Shown here: positions 24,330 to 37,350 of the stretch, in pieces
Position numbering within the stretch: position 1 is the stretch's first letter
Layout of the letters: each line of letters starts with the position of its first letter
Assembly (NCBI RefSeq): GCF_004010195.1
Contig: NC_057746.1
Span: 2,060,324-2,124,323, forward strand
Length of the DNA: 64,000 nucleotides
Reading direction: 5' to 3'
Source of the DNA: Chiloscyllium plagiosum
Lineage: Eukaryota
Notes under the pieces: model-generated
Databases searched by the model: none
The model's input: the letters and a program-made list of their open reading frames with translations, nothing else
What the model was told of the DNA's origin: nothing
Made by a program: the position numbers and the translations under genes

Positions 24330-25400
24330 TAGTTTTCTATCTGCTTCACATCGGACACAGGTTTTCCAATTCCAAACAGAAACTTTTGAATGAATTTGTT
24401 CAAATCAAGCAGACTTTTCCAACAAAATGCAACTCTTCAAATGTTACAGAAAGTTGTGATGAAATGATGGCTTGAAACTATCAAGAAACCCTTGTTACTG
24501 TAAGAGTATTGGACAGAGATGAGGTGATTGCCCGAGATGGCATCCTGTTCAAAGGGAGCAGGGTCATGATGCCTAAAGAGATGAGAAAAGAGATGCTGAA
24601 ACACATCCTACACAAATTATCGAGGAATTGAGTCTAGTCTAAGGAAGGTTACAGAAGTATTCTACTCTCCAAACATGAGCAATGAGATGAAGGACCACAT
24701 CAGCCAGTGCAGAGATCGTAACGAACATCAAACTAAATAAGATACAGAGCTGTTCTTACATCCCAAATAGCCCAGGGATGAAGCTTGGAGTAGAGCTCTT
24801 AACTCCCACTGGAACTGATTTTCTCATCACAGTCAACTACCATTCAAACTGTGCAGTGTTAAAGCAGCTGACATCAACGACTTTCTGAAGGAATACTTCA
24901 GTGGTCATGAAATTCCTGACATTATGAATGTCACGGTAATGACCTCAATTCACGAGTGAAGAATTCAGACACTTCCTGAATGATTGGAAAATTCAGCACA
25001 TCATCTGCACGCCAGTCAAATGGAAAGGCTGAGGCAGCAGGGAAAGAGGTGTGTTTAAGACAAACTTAGCACAGAATCTCACTTACTGGGACATGTTGTT
25101 ATCTAAGGTCATACTGAACCCAGACTATTCTTCCAATGGATAAATTATAGAGGCCAGAAGGTGTCATAGGAGTGAGTGATAAGATCAAAATGAAGTATTG
25201 GAAAAACAGTTTGATAAAGCTGTCACATTGTTGAGAATTGGAGAGTCAAAGTGCAAACATTCAATGCATTGAACAAAATCAGCATACTGGCAACTTGGAA
25301 CCCACAAGAGAGGAATTTTCACCCTGATCATGCATTGGAGAGTGAATGACTTGATCCATCACAGCAAATGCAGCCACCTATCTGCAACTAGTGAAGTGAC
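24330..25400 (+). mobile_element. Gypsy integrase remnant
   Basis: RDEVIARDGILFKGSRVMMPKEMRKEMLKHI...GIESSLRK...KDHISQC, PQFTSEEFRHFLNDWKIQH and QSNGKAE motifs. Confidence 0.8.
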
Positions 25401-25544
25401 GTGAGTGTGACTACCCTTGATATCAAGGCCAGATTTGACTGAAAGTTTCTTCAAAGAGCCGACAAAACTGGGAATCAGGGAAGACTTTCTACTGGTCTTC
25501 TCCTGACTATTGTTTGCAATTACTCTAAATAGTGTACAAAGGAG

Positions 25545-26315
25545 TTCAAAGTTTGTGAGAAGATTTGTAGCTCGGGTGCTCGTTGTTGTGGTTCTGTTCA
25601 CCGAGCTGGGAATTTGTGTTGCAGACATTTCGTCCCCTGTCTAGGTGACATCCTCAGTGCTTGGGAGCCTCCTGTGAAGTGCTTCTGTGATGTTTCCTCC
25701 GGCATTTATAGTGGTTTGTCTCTGCCGCTTCCGGTTGTCAGTTCCAGCTGTCCACTGCAGTGGCCGGTATATTGGGTTCAGGTCAATGTGTTTGTTGATA
25801 GAATCTGTGGAACACTACGTTGGTTTTGCTCATGCTGGGTATCGGGTCCTTTGTTCTGATGAGTTGTTGTCTGAGAGTGGCTGTTGGTTTGTGTGCTGAT
25901 ATGAGTCCTAGTGGTCGTAGTAGTCTCGCTGTCAGTTCTTGATGTATGGTAACGAGGCTAGTCCTTTGGGTTGTGGCATGTCCTCATTCCATTGTCTTTC
26001 CCTTAGGCACCTGTTGATGAAATTGGGGGGGGTTCTGTTTTTGGCGTATACATTGTAGAGGTGTTCTTCTTCCTCTTTTTTGCAGTTCTGGTGTGCTGCA
26101 GTGTGTTGTGGCCCTTTTGAACAGTGTCTTGATGCAACTTCTTTTGTGTTTGTTGGAGTGGTTGCTTTCACAGTTCAGGACTTGGTCTGTGTGTGTGTGT
26201 GGCTTTCCTGTATACCTTTGTGGTGAATTCTCCGTATCATGAACACCAATTAGCCACGAAACGACACGACCAGCTATCCTCAGTAGCCACACATGCGGAT
26301 GACAAGCAACATGAT
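25545..26315 (-). mobile_element. Penelope-like element (RT C-terminal part and terminal repeat, with an inverted 5' segment)
   Basis: THTDQVLNCESNHSNKHKRSCIKTLFKRATTHCSTPEL; hammerhead-like CTGAGGA...CGAAA on the minus strand at ~25626-25655; related to 43370-44480. Confidence 0.85.
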
Positions 26316-27309
26316 TTCTTCATCAATGCAGTGTTTAAGCATCCACTAGATAATTTTCTAAGATTAAAGATATATTTTCAGACTGTATTTGTTGCCCTTG
26401 TCATTGCCATTGCAATTGCAGGGGATGCACTCTTCATCACTGTGCCTGCAAATAAAATTGCTCACTCCCTTACATCTTGAACTAGATCTTAACTTTAGTA
26501 ATTTATGTACTAAAATGTATGTTTTGTCATGGTTTTTCTATATGAATAAGCAACTTTAAATGGCTCTTAAAAATCCTGTGTGTAGAAATGGACAAAATGC
26601 TGGTTGAAGAGATGAAGACAGCAGTGAGTGGAAAAATCTACAAAGTGACCACTACTTCGTGGACTAGGGTCAAAAAGATGTGTATTACTGCATTAAATGT
26701 CTGCAAGATCTTGTTAGTTTTCTGACTGGACCTAATAAAATGCTTACTGAGACTTTTACCTTAAGAAGGCCTTGGATAATAAGTGCAGAAGTTGTTTTTT
26801 CTAACTGAACCTGAGAACACTGATTTAATATGACAGAAAGTACAAGCTGAGAAGGAAAAAAGATGTTATCAACTCTCTGCAAAATGAGAGCGGATTGGGT
26901 AAATATATTTGTCACCTATATCCAATATCCTAAGGGGACGTGAGCATCGCTCTGAGTGACATAATTCATACATTTAAACATTGAACCTTGAGAGGGTCAG
27001 CGTGATCATCGAGGAATGTGGCCTGGTTAATCACTGAGATTGTAAAAAGATCTCATTCAGCATTTTGACAAAGGATGGACCCTTACCACACAAGAAAACC
27101 AAATGTCAGTCTTGTGAGTTACTTGTAATAGCTCCATATGCAAATATGTGTATGTATACTCAGTAAAGAAGTTTGATTAACTACATGATTGTTTTGCACT
27201 GTTATAAATCCATAGTAAGACCAGAACCTGGAAGGTAGATATTCCTAAAATTCACAGTCAGCCCATTGTGCCTGCATTCACTCTGAATAATCATTATGAT
27301 TTAGTACCC

Positions 27310-27690
27310 TTACGCTGCTTTTCTTCCTGTAAACCTATACAAATAATGATGTAATGGCCTCATCAATGCCTCAAATGAACATGCCTCTACCACACTTCCA
27401 GGCAGTATATTTCAGATCTCAAATGTTTGCTGTGTGAATTTTTTTTCTCCACATTGTACTTAATTCTTTTGCAAGTTACTTGAAGTGAATGCCAACTTGT
27501 TCTTGATTTTTTTTATGAGTGGGAACAGCTTTTCCCTATCAGTACAGACCCCCCCCCTAATGATCTTGAAAACTTCTATCAAATCTCTTCCTAACCTTCT
27601 CTCCATCAAGGAAAACAGTCCCAACTTCTTTGATCTATCCTCAAAGCTTAAGTTTCTTATCTGGGGAACCATTTTGGTAAACTTTATCAT
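27310..27690 (-). mobile_element. Old CR1 3' remnant
   Basis: FTKMVPQIRNLSFEDRSKKLGLFSLMERRLGRDLIEVFKII. Confidence 0.8.
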
Positions 27691-27844
27691 TTTGCATCAT
27701 GCTGTTTTTCAACAAACTGGTCAGGGGTGAGGTGGGATAATTGTGCCCAGAGTCTAAGTAATTCTTTGTGTGATCATGGTGACAACTTTAATTAATAATC
27801 ATGCAGTCATCCACCTAGAATTGTGCTGGAGCCCACAACCTTTT

Positions 27845-28230
27845 CTCTAAGTCAGAAGGTTGTGGGTTTAAGTCCTACTCCAGCTTGATACTCAGTGCAG
27901 TATTGAGAGGTGGAAGAGATTACAGTAATAGAGAGAGGCAAAGCCATGATGGGATTTGAAAACAAGCTCCATAAACAGTGGGTTTTTCCTGGAGTTTCTG
28001 ACACATTTTTAGAACTGTGTCTAAACAATAGAGCTTTCCTGAGTGAATGAAAGCAGAATGGTCCATCAGCAATGCTGATTGAAGACAATCCCTTAAGATG
28101 TCCATTCCAGCTGACATCAGGAACTTTACGTTTCACACGTTCAGGAACCCAGACACAAAGGGATACCTGCAGCTCCAACTAGTTACCACTTTAAATCAAA
28201 TCAAACTTCCAGGCTGCCAGTTTATGTGGG
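27845..28230 (+). repeat. Segment paralogous to the joined flanks of the Gmr1-like Gypsy (56490-56708 plus 62624-62830)
   Basis: ATTTGAAAACAAGCTC matches the left flank; TTAGAACTGTGTCTAAACAATAGA...GAAAGCAGAATGGTCCA...AAATCAAATCAAACTT matches the right flank. Confidence 0.8.
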
Positions 28231-28321
28231 GAGGAATTCTGGACACAAGCCTTCAGACTTGACTCCTTTGAATTGATTACAAAGATAATAAGTAGTCAGT
28301 CCTGATTGACTAAACATTCAT

Positions 28322-28652
28322 GTCTCTGAGTTAGAAGTTCGAGTCTCTCCAAAAACTTGAGAACTGAGACTGAGTTCAATGCTAAGGAAATTCTGCACTG
28401 TCAAATATTCCATTTTTCAGATGAGTTAATCCAAAGCCCCATCTACCTTCTCCAATGAAAGTAGTAGAGCAGGGGAGTTATTCTTAATATCCTAGTTAAT
28501 ATGGATCCCACAACAATTGTTACAAAACAGATTATCAGGTCATAATCATATTTCTTATGGGAGCTTGCTGTGCACCAATTGGCTGCCATGTCTCTTACAT
28601 TACAAAAGTGACAATTACAAAAAGCACTTAATTGGCAATACATTTGGGGGCC
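28322..28652 (+). mobile_element. SacSINE1/DeuSINE-like SINE
   Basis: AGAGCAGGGGAGTT...AAACAGATTATCAGGTCAT...TGGGAGCTTGCTGTGCACCAATTGGCTGCC...ACATTACAAAAGTGAC resembles the shark DeuSINE consensus as I recall it; partial heads at ~27845, 32720 and 56480. Confidence 0.6.
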
Positions 28653-29859
28653 TGGAATTTTTGTCAGTTGATATTTTCTTCAGTAGGGAATCCCATTGAT
28701 TGAGAAAGAACCTCAGCCCACATCAGAAACTCACCTGGATGTTGAAGATAACATTGCTGACCAATTGTTTAAGGAACGTAGGAATAGAGTAATCGCTAGA
28801 GCCTATTACACCATTGAATTAAATCATGGCTGATCAGTATCTTAATTCTATCCAACTGTAATCCTTAATCCCTTTGCCCAACAATAAACCTATCAATCTC
28901 AGTTTTGAAATTTTTGATTGACCTCCAGCTTCAACCTATTTTTGTGGGACCAGTGTTCCAGATTTCATCCTGAACAACCTCGCTCTAATTGTAATATCCT
29001 GCCCCTTGTCCTGCAATCTCGCACTAAGGAATCCTTTTCTCTAGTTTCCTGATATTTTTTTCCTGTTTTTTTATCCAAAAGTGCTCTTACACACAACTGA
29101 ATGCTTTTTTCTCTCATCACTAAATCGTCCACAATACTTTTTCCATCTGTTTACCACCATCAGTCAATCACCCATGTTTCCAATTAACTAATTTACATGC
29201 AAAGCCTGCAAAACAAAACAACAAAATATTAGGAAGAGGAGGAGGGGGTTAAATCAAAACAGAGTTGGAAGGAGAGATAAAGCACTGCACCCACTCCAGT
29301 GCCCACCTCTTGCTAAGAGCATCGGAAGTATTGGCGGACACTGCATGCTCCCTCTCCAAGTAAACCTGGGCATAAATGTTAGTGTGTTTAGGGGCAGAAT
29401 GTCAGTAGCTATGAATCCTCCAAAGACACTGCCTGTACCTATTAATAGATAACTTGACCAGGCCCAGGGGCAGACCCACAAGGAAATCCTCTGATTTGCC
29501 CGCCTCCGTCCGCAATGGATGACCAATGATCAGGATTGTGGAGCTGAAGTATAACCAAAAGCACAACAAAAGATTTTTCAAATTACTAAAAAGGGGTCAA
29601 TCACCCATAAGCAATACTGTTTGCACACCTCACTATCATATACATGATCCATGTACTCTACAGCACTGCAAAATAAACAGTTGGACTGGGAGACCATGAA
29701 TCATCTAAATCTGTGGTTACATAGATAGCTGCATGCAAGACCCTCCACCAAGATTCACAATGGAAAGTGGGAGGAGTCCTGTGTAGACAGTCCCCCATTG
29801 GGGATTCACAGCAGTCTCTAATTATTCAATCAACTCAATTAATCATTGAAAACATGACT

Positions 29860-30585
29860 AGAGTTGATGACAGTGCAAATCCCTTTACATACCTCACACT
29901 TGAACAGTTTCGCTCCAGTGTGCATACATTGTTGAACGCAGAGACCCCCCTCCCCCCAAGTTCAAGAAGGTTTGGTCACACACCATTCATTTATAAAGTT
30001 TCTCCCAGTGTAAATTCTCTAGTGTATTAGCAGGTCAGAGGAGCAGGTAACATGATTTTCACACAGCTAACACATGAAGGACTTATCTCGTGTATGATCC
30101 TCTGGTGTATCAAGAATTCATAGAGGTTTTCCTTCAAATCTCACACTTGGACAGATCCTCCCAGTGACTGTGTATGGAGGTTCAATGACATTGAAGATCA
30201 TTCTTTGCATACCTCACAGTGAACAGTTTCTCTCCTTTGTAAATATGCCCGAACTTCACCAGGACTGGTGATTGTGCAAAGCCCTTGTTGCACACTTTAT
30301 AGCTTCTGCCCTGTGTGAATGAGTTGGCAATACTTAAGTATTGATGACATTGCAAAACTTCAGTTCTATACCTCACACTCAATGTTTTCTATTCCATGTA
30401 GGTGTCGTGTTCACAGTTGCACAACAGATGCATCTTATGTTTCGGAACTTGTACTGGGTGTACCACGACCTTGAATGTTGTGAGTCTTCTTTTTTAAAAC
30501 ACATCCAAGGAATCACATTCCACACTCATGTTATCAGTTTGAAAGCCTCTGAGGATGAAAATGCTATTCCTTCAGTAGAAATCTC
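29860..30585 (-). pseudogene. Decayed C2H2 ZNF paralog (ZNF-psi)
   Basis: Fragments KVCNKGFAQSPVLVKFGHIYKGEKLF, H*RIYTGRN and LFKCEVCKGFALSSTL with stops and frameshifts; a decayed copy of the family exon-2 acceptor sits at ~30560-30580. Confidence 0.8.
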
Positions 30586-30999
30586 AAGAAATTTGCTGTG
30601 ATAGATCAAGTCATTTATCAGGGAACTGAGACGGCAGCTGCAACAGGTGAGGCATTAATCAGATGGGCCAATGACAAATTTAAAACCTCATCTAATATCC
30701 AAGCTTCAGGAAACTCCAGAAATGTGTGGAGTAATTTGAAAACTAAACTATGTTGCTGTAGTGTGTAAAATGGTGACGGCCCTCAAAATGTTTATTTACA
30801 AATGATGCCTTATGCCTTCTTCACAATGTACTTTCTGATCTATCTTGGTTCTGGATTAGAGTGGTGCTGGAAAAGCACAGCAGTTCAGACAGCATCCAAG
30901 GAGCAGGAAAATCAACATTTCGGGCAAAAGCCCTTTATCAGTATGATCTATCTTGGTGTCATCTGTGAATTTAGCTCCCACACCTTTGCTCCCATCATC

Positions 31000-32090
31000 T
31001 AAATCAATAATGGTTTATTCCTCACCATCTAAATGGTTGAGGGCTCAGCACAGACCCACATGGAATTCTATCAACCAAAGAGCCATTTACGCACAATCCC
31101 TGTTTTCTGCCAGCCAGCTATATTTTATTCAAGCAGATAAGTTACTGCCTACATTATAGACTTTATTTTCTGCAATAACATTTGCTATTGCACCTTATAA
31201 AATGCCTTTTGGAATTCCAAGTGCCAAACAGCAATAGATACTTGTTTATCCACAGTACATGTTATCTCTTCAAGGAACTCCAACAAATTAGTTAAACATA
31301 ATTTCCCATAGACAACACCCTGCTGAACCCTCCCAAATATCTTGAGCTTTTCTGAGTGCACAGCTGTAACACATTCCCATGACAAAGAGTCTATGATTCT
31401 ATGTCAAGCTAACTGGTTATAGTTTTCTGTTTCCTGTCTCCCTCCCTTCTTGAGGTTGTATTTACTACTTTCCAGTCTGATGGAATCCTTCTTGAATTAA
31501 GGAATTTTGAAAAATTAACAACAATGCATCTACTGCTTCTCCAGCAACTTCTTTTAAGACTCTAGAGTGAAGTTGATCTCAAGCCAGAGACTGGTCTGAA
31601 CACTGCTCCATCAATTTGCTTAGTTGTGCTTATCTCAGGATTGTAATTTTGCTAAGTTTCTCTCTCCCTTCCATTTTCTGATTCACAGCTATTACTGGAA
31701 TGTTTATTGTATTCTCTATAGTGGAGAAGCAAAATATATGTTCATTTCATTCACCATTTCCTTACTATCCGCTATTAACTCCTTATTCTCACACTCTCTA
31801 ACACTCATTTTACTTAGTTGTTTCTTTTAAAAATACCTGTAGAAATGCTCACTATCCATTTTTACATTTGAACTTACTTCCTCTCAAACTCTAAGTTCTT
31901 CCTCCTGATTATTTTTTGTTCTCTGCTCTTACTTATAGTTTAACCACTCTTCTGATCTGCCAGTCATCTTTTGACAGTTATATGTCTTTTCCTTAAGTTT
32001 CAGGTTTTCCCTAACTTCTTGAGTTAACCACAGATTGTAGATCCTTCCTTTTTCTTTATAGCAGGAATATACTTATTCTGAGTGTTCTGA
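31000..32090 (-). mobile_element. Old CR1 ORF2 remnant
   Basis: GKLCLTNLLEFLEEITCTVDKQVSIAVWHLEFQKAFYKV. Confidence 0.7.
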
Positions 32091-33819
32091 ACCGTTCTCA
32101 AGAGTACTGTATAGCTCCATGACTGACCGAGTTGGCCAAATCCTAAAAGATGTTATTGCTAGATTGGATTTGTGGCAAACAGCAAGGGAACTAACAAGAG
32201 GAAGAAACCTTAGTTGGCCTCACTCTCACCAATCTGTCTCCAAGCTTCTGACCTGCTCTAGTAACCACAGTACTTAAATGGCTAGTCCACTTCAGTTTTG
32301 GGTCAACAGTAACCCCAAGATGTTGCAAGTGGAAATTCAATAATAACGACAATATTGAATATCAAAAGGCGATGGTTAGATTGTCTCTTATGACAGACAG
32401 TCATTGCCAGGCATTTGTGTGGGACAAATATTACTTGGCACTTTTCAGTCAAATCCTGGTTATTGTCCAGGTTTTGCTACACTTAGACATATATTATTAT
32501 CATTACATTGAGGAGTTGCAAAGTGGTGCTGAACATTGTGGAAGCATCGTCAGTACAAATCTCCAAAATTGACTTTATGATGGAGGAAAGGTCATTGACG
32601 AATACGCTTGGGCCTAGGACACTACCTCAAGGAATTTCCACAGAAATGTCCTGGAGTTGATGTAGCTGACCTCCAACAATTACAACCATCTTCTTACATG
32701 CCAACTGTGACTTAGTTAGTACTCTCACTTCCAAGTCAAAAAGTTCTCAAGTCTCAGTCCCAAGCATTAAAGCTCACAATTTGCTGTTTGTGGGAACATA
32801 AGACCTAAGAAATCAGAGATTCACCAGACTACAATTCAAAGTGGACTTTATTAGCTCTACTGTGCTTTTAAGATTGGGAAAATCAATACATAAATACAAG
32901 TCACTCTTTTCTTCCTTAGGGAAATTACATCCAACATAACAAATGGAAAGTATAAACCCATTGGTGGAGAAAGTAACATAATCAACAGTGACATTGATGA
33001 ATATGCCATACACAGGATTCTTATTTGCAGCATTGGCAGCTGTTTCGGTTTTTACAGGATTCTTACTGTTGGCTCCCGAGTGTTTCAGCGAATAAGAACA
33101 CATCATGCTGACAAATCAGTCAGTTTGGATTAAAGTTAAAAATGAATTTATTGTGAGTTATAAATGTGTACAGATGATTGATAAAACAGGCAAAAAAACG
33201 CTGAACGTATACCTAACTTTGAATCAACCAAAATAACAAAGCATTTGAAAATGACTCAAGATCTTTCCCAGAACATGAAATCTTGGAATAGTGTATAGTG
33301 AATATATCACAACATTATGACATCAATCAATGATGGACTTAGGGAGCTCAGGTCTGTAGAAACTCACCCCCATTTACTCAACGTACTCAAGATAGTAGTC
33401 CTCCCAAATAGGAGAACCACAGGGCACAGACTTAAGGTGATTGGTAAAAGAAGCAACAGAGAAATGGGGGAAGTCTTTTCACACATTGTATGGTTAGAAT
33501 GTGAAATGATTGATTATTTGAAAAAAAAAAGAATGTGTTGTGGATAGAAGGCTGAAAAATGGTCCAAGCTGTGTGAAGACTCAGTTTCATATCTCATACT
33601 TGAAAGGATCCACTGATGACTTATGAGGGTCAGACACCAATAAAATCTTTAACACAAGTCTCACAAATCTCTTCCAAATAGCACTCCTGTGTTACAAGTA
33701 CTAGTGGCAAATACCTCTTGGATCTAAACAGTGTTAGAATTCTGTAAACCTTTCTGCATCTTTATTTCTTCACCTTAGGATTCCCCTTAAATCTCACTTC
33801 TTCGTCTAAATTTGTTCAT

Positions 33820-34025
33820 TGTTGAAGAGTGTGGCACTGGAAAAGTACTGCAGATCAGGCAGCATCCAAGAAGCAAGAGAGTCGAGCAGGAATTCTTAAA
33901 GGAGGGTTTATGGGAGAAACGTCGACTCTCCAGTTCTTTGGATGCTGCCTCACCTGCTGTGTTTTTCCAGTGCCACACTTTCCAACTCTGACTCTCCAGC
34001 ATCTGCAGTCCTCACTTTCTCCTTT
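33820..34025. mobile_element. Penelope-like fold-back fragment with TSD
   Basis: Inverted arms GTGTGGCACTGGAAAA / TTTTCCAGTGCCACAC; flanked by ATTTGTTCAT direct repeats. Confidence 0.75.
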
Positions 34026-35450
34026 ATTTGTTCATCCCTCCTAAACTCTCCTTGTCTATCTCAGTGTTAACATTTGTCTGGTCACATCACAATGAAACAC
34101 TTTGAAATGTTTTACTACATTAAGGCACTCCAGAAATCCAAGCTGTTGTCCTCTCACAATTCCTCCAATGCTCAAGGTACTGATCTGGAGACAGAATATG
34201 GACATTGACTGGCCTCCAGTGCTCTGTTTGTGTGGCCTTTCAGTATGTGGAGAGCTAGTCAGTGAATGTTGTGAGACAATGGAGACTGTCAAAGTGGAGA
34301 TACATCCCACCTTTCCCCTGACTTCCCAGCTGGTCTCATTGATGAGGAATGGGATTCCTGGCTGATTCTCCTCCTCCACAGACCAGAGTTTCACAGGATG
34401 ACTGAAGTGCCTCCATTACTAATGGCTCCCCCACCTGCTGGTGCTTGTGCTGGAAAATCAGTGGCTGAACTACTGAGTATCTGATTGCTTTCTTAGCCAT
34501 AATGCAGGGAAATTCATGGTTCATGATTAGTTTAGATTTTATCAAAGTACGCACACTGTTGTGCTCAACAATAACTTACTTAAACTTTGGTTCTTTAATA
34601 TAAATCTACTGAGCTTCGATAGACAGGGAGATGCACCATAGGGTTTTAAATATAGGACAGAATATAAGTAACACACTAATGAATTAAATACAGCTCAAAT
34701 GCCAACAGCTTTTTGTTTAACTTATTTCCATGTTACAGAGCCACATTGTGAGAATTTGCAACCTTCAAAGTTAATGGTAAAGCTTATATAGACTCTTGTC
34801 ATTATAATACTTATCTACAACCTGGTGTTATGAATAGAGGAATTCGCAGACCAATCTAGAAGGGATTTGTTACAAGGGAAGTACAGCTCTATTCTATACT
34901 AGCTTGGTTTTAAATCGCAATGTTTCAGAATAGAAACAATTAGAGTTGGCTAAATGGATTCTTAGTTAACTTTTGTAACAATATGTATTTAAGTTTGTAA
35001 CTGTATAATCCTTTTAAGACGTTTATACCACTAGACTGATAGACTGAATGTATAAGAACATCTCATTACTCCATCTTTATAGACTGCCCATGAGGCACAT
35101 ATTTTATACATGCACTATTTTTTAACTGCTACCTACTTTGTAATTTCTTTGTATTAGTACTTGGTGGTCTTCTGTATTAATTTTATATAAGTTTAAGTTT
35201 ACAAGCAACTCTGCTTTCAAGATCAAATAACACACTCCAAGCACCCAGAGAGAGAGAAAAACATGACCTAATATATGGTCTATAAAACCTAGTCATTGGT
35301 ACAGTTAGTTCTGCTATAATACAGCTCTCATGCAAACCAATGTTTAAAGAAAATCATGCAATTGCATCACCATTTAAATTATTGGAATCGTGTTTTAACC
35401 AATAGTACTTTAAAACTTCATGCTTTAGAAACAGTGTTTCCAATTTGTCA

Positions 35451-35744
35451 GAGCTTAAAAATGTGTTCCTGGAAAAGCGCAGCAGGTCAGGCAGCATCAA
35501 AGGAACAGGAGAATCGACATTTCGGGCATAAGCCCTTCTTCAGGAATGAGGAGGATATGCCAGGCAGGCTAAGATAAAAGGTAGGGAGGAGGGACTTGGG
35601 GGAGGGGCGTCGGGAATACGATAGGTGGAAGGAGGTTAAGGTGAGGGTGATAGGCTGGAGAGGTGGTGGGCGTGGAGAGGTTGGGAAGAAGATTGCAGGT
35701 CAAGAAGGCGGTGCTAATCTGCACCTGCAGTCCTCACTTTCTCC
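35451..35744 (-). mobile_element. Penelope-like terminal repeat fragment with a 14-bp TSD
   Basis: TTTCCAATTTGTCA on both sides; hammerhead-like CTGAAGA-AGGGCTTATGCCC-GAAA on the minus strand. Confidence 0.8.
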
Positions 35745-36789
35745 TTTCCAATTTGTCAATCATGTTATAGCAAATTTGTGTTAACAAAACATATGTTATA
35801 GCAGAACGACCATTTGACTTAAAGAGAAACTCTCACCAATTAAACAAAACGAAGACAATGAGGATTATGATGGTATACATTCCCTATTCTATACAAATAG
35901 GCAAGGATGTACCATAAAATTTCCTTGTATCTTCACAAGAAGTCATAACATAACAGAAACTAACTATAATAAGAAGGGTTTTTTAAAATTCATTCACTGG
36001 CTGAACAAGCATCTATTACCTATCATGAACTGAGAAAGTGGTGGTGAGCTGCTTTCGTGAACCAATGCGGTCCAGATGGTGAATGTATCCCCACAATGCC
36101 ATTCATGGGGGAAATGCAGGATTTTGACCCAGTGATATATTTCCAGGTCAAGATGGTGAGTGGCTCTAGAGAGTTTATTTTTATTGTTTGATGGAAAGTG
36201 TCACTAGCTCAGCCAGCATTTATTGCTTATATCTGATTGCACAGAAGACAGTTAAGAATCAGCTACTGTGCAGTTGTATGTCAATCATTTGAATGCAAGA
36301 CTAGGATGGTAGTTTACTTCCCTCAATGAAATTAGTAAACCAGTTGCATTTTTACAACAATCGCTTCTATTCTTAATTCCAGATTTTTATTGAATTCAAA
36401 TTTCACCATCTACATGTTGGGTTTCAAACGGAGGTCCCAGAACATAAGCCTGAGGTACTGGATCACTAGTCCAGTGACATTACAACTGTGCTCATGCCTT
36501 CCCATAACTCACAGGGGAAACTGCAGGTAGTAGTGTTCCCAAATGGTAGGAACTATGGGTTTGAAAGATGCTAAGTAACCTTGGTGAACTTCTATATACA
36601 TCTTGTAGATGGTACACACTGTGGTTGTACATCAATGGCAGAGCCAAAGAATGTTTGAGCACGTGGCCTCAATTATTCAGACTACTTTGCCTGAGATGCT
36701 GGCATGCTTCTTTATTGTTCTGCAGGAGAAGGAGGGGAAACAATCCTGATACACACCATGGCAGAAAAGACTCCTGTGTCTGTTCACTG

Positions 36790-37350
36790 TTCCAGTAGGT
36801 CTAACAACTGTGTGAAGGCTTTATGATGGGGCTCCCACACCAAACGGGTTTCTCCCCATGTGAGTGCATTCATGGACCAGGATGTACACAGACTTTGTGA
36901 ACGCCTTGTCTCATGAATGCTTTTTTCCTACAGGGATCCTCTCATATCTTATGAGAGTTGAATACTTCAGGAAAACTTTATCTTAAATCTCAGACTTGGA
37001 TGATTTCTCTTTGTGGCGATTTTCTCAGACAGGAAGCTTCAATGAGCTTGTTGAGGATTTGTCACGCACTTTATCTAGTTTCTCTTCAGTGTGAGTATGC
37101 CAAAGATACATCAGGCCTGATGAGAGTGTGCAAAGCTTTTGTTAACAAATTCACACTAAAACAGCTTCTCGCCTGTATGAATGCATTGGTGATTCATGAG
37201 TGTTGCAAAGAGTGAAGACTCAGTCACACATCTCCCAATTCAATGGTTTCTCATCTGCATAAAACAGATGGTGTATCAGAAAGGGGGTCTTTCTTGTGAA
37301 GCCTTCAACACAGACCTCACAGCTTTTCCTCAATGTGGATGTATCGGTTT
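36790..37350 (-). pseudogene. Decayed zinc fingers 3' of the ZNF-C stop codon
   Basis: HQCIHTGEKLF, LVHECTHMGRN and other finger remnants with stops and frameshifts. Confidence 0.75.
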
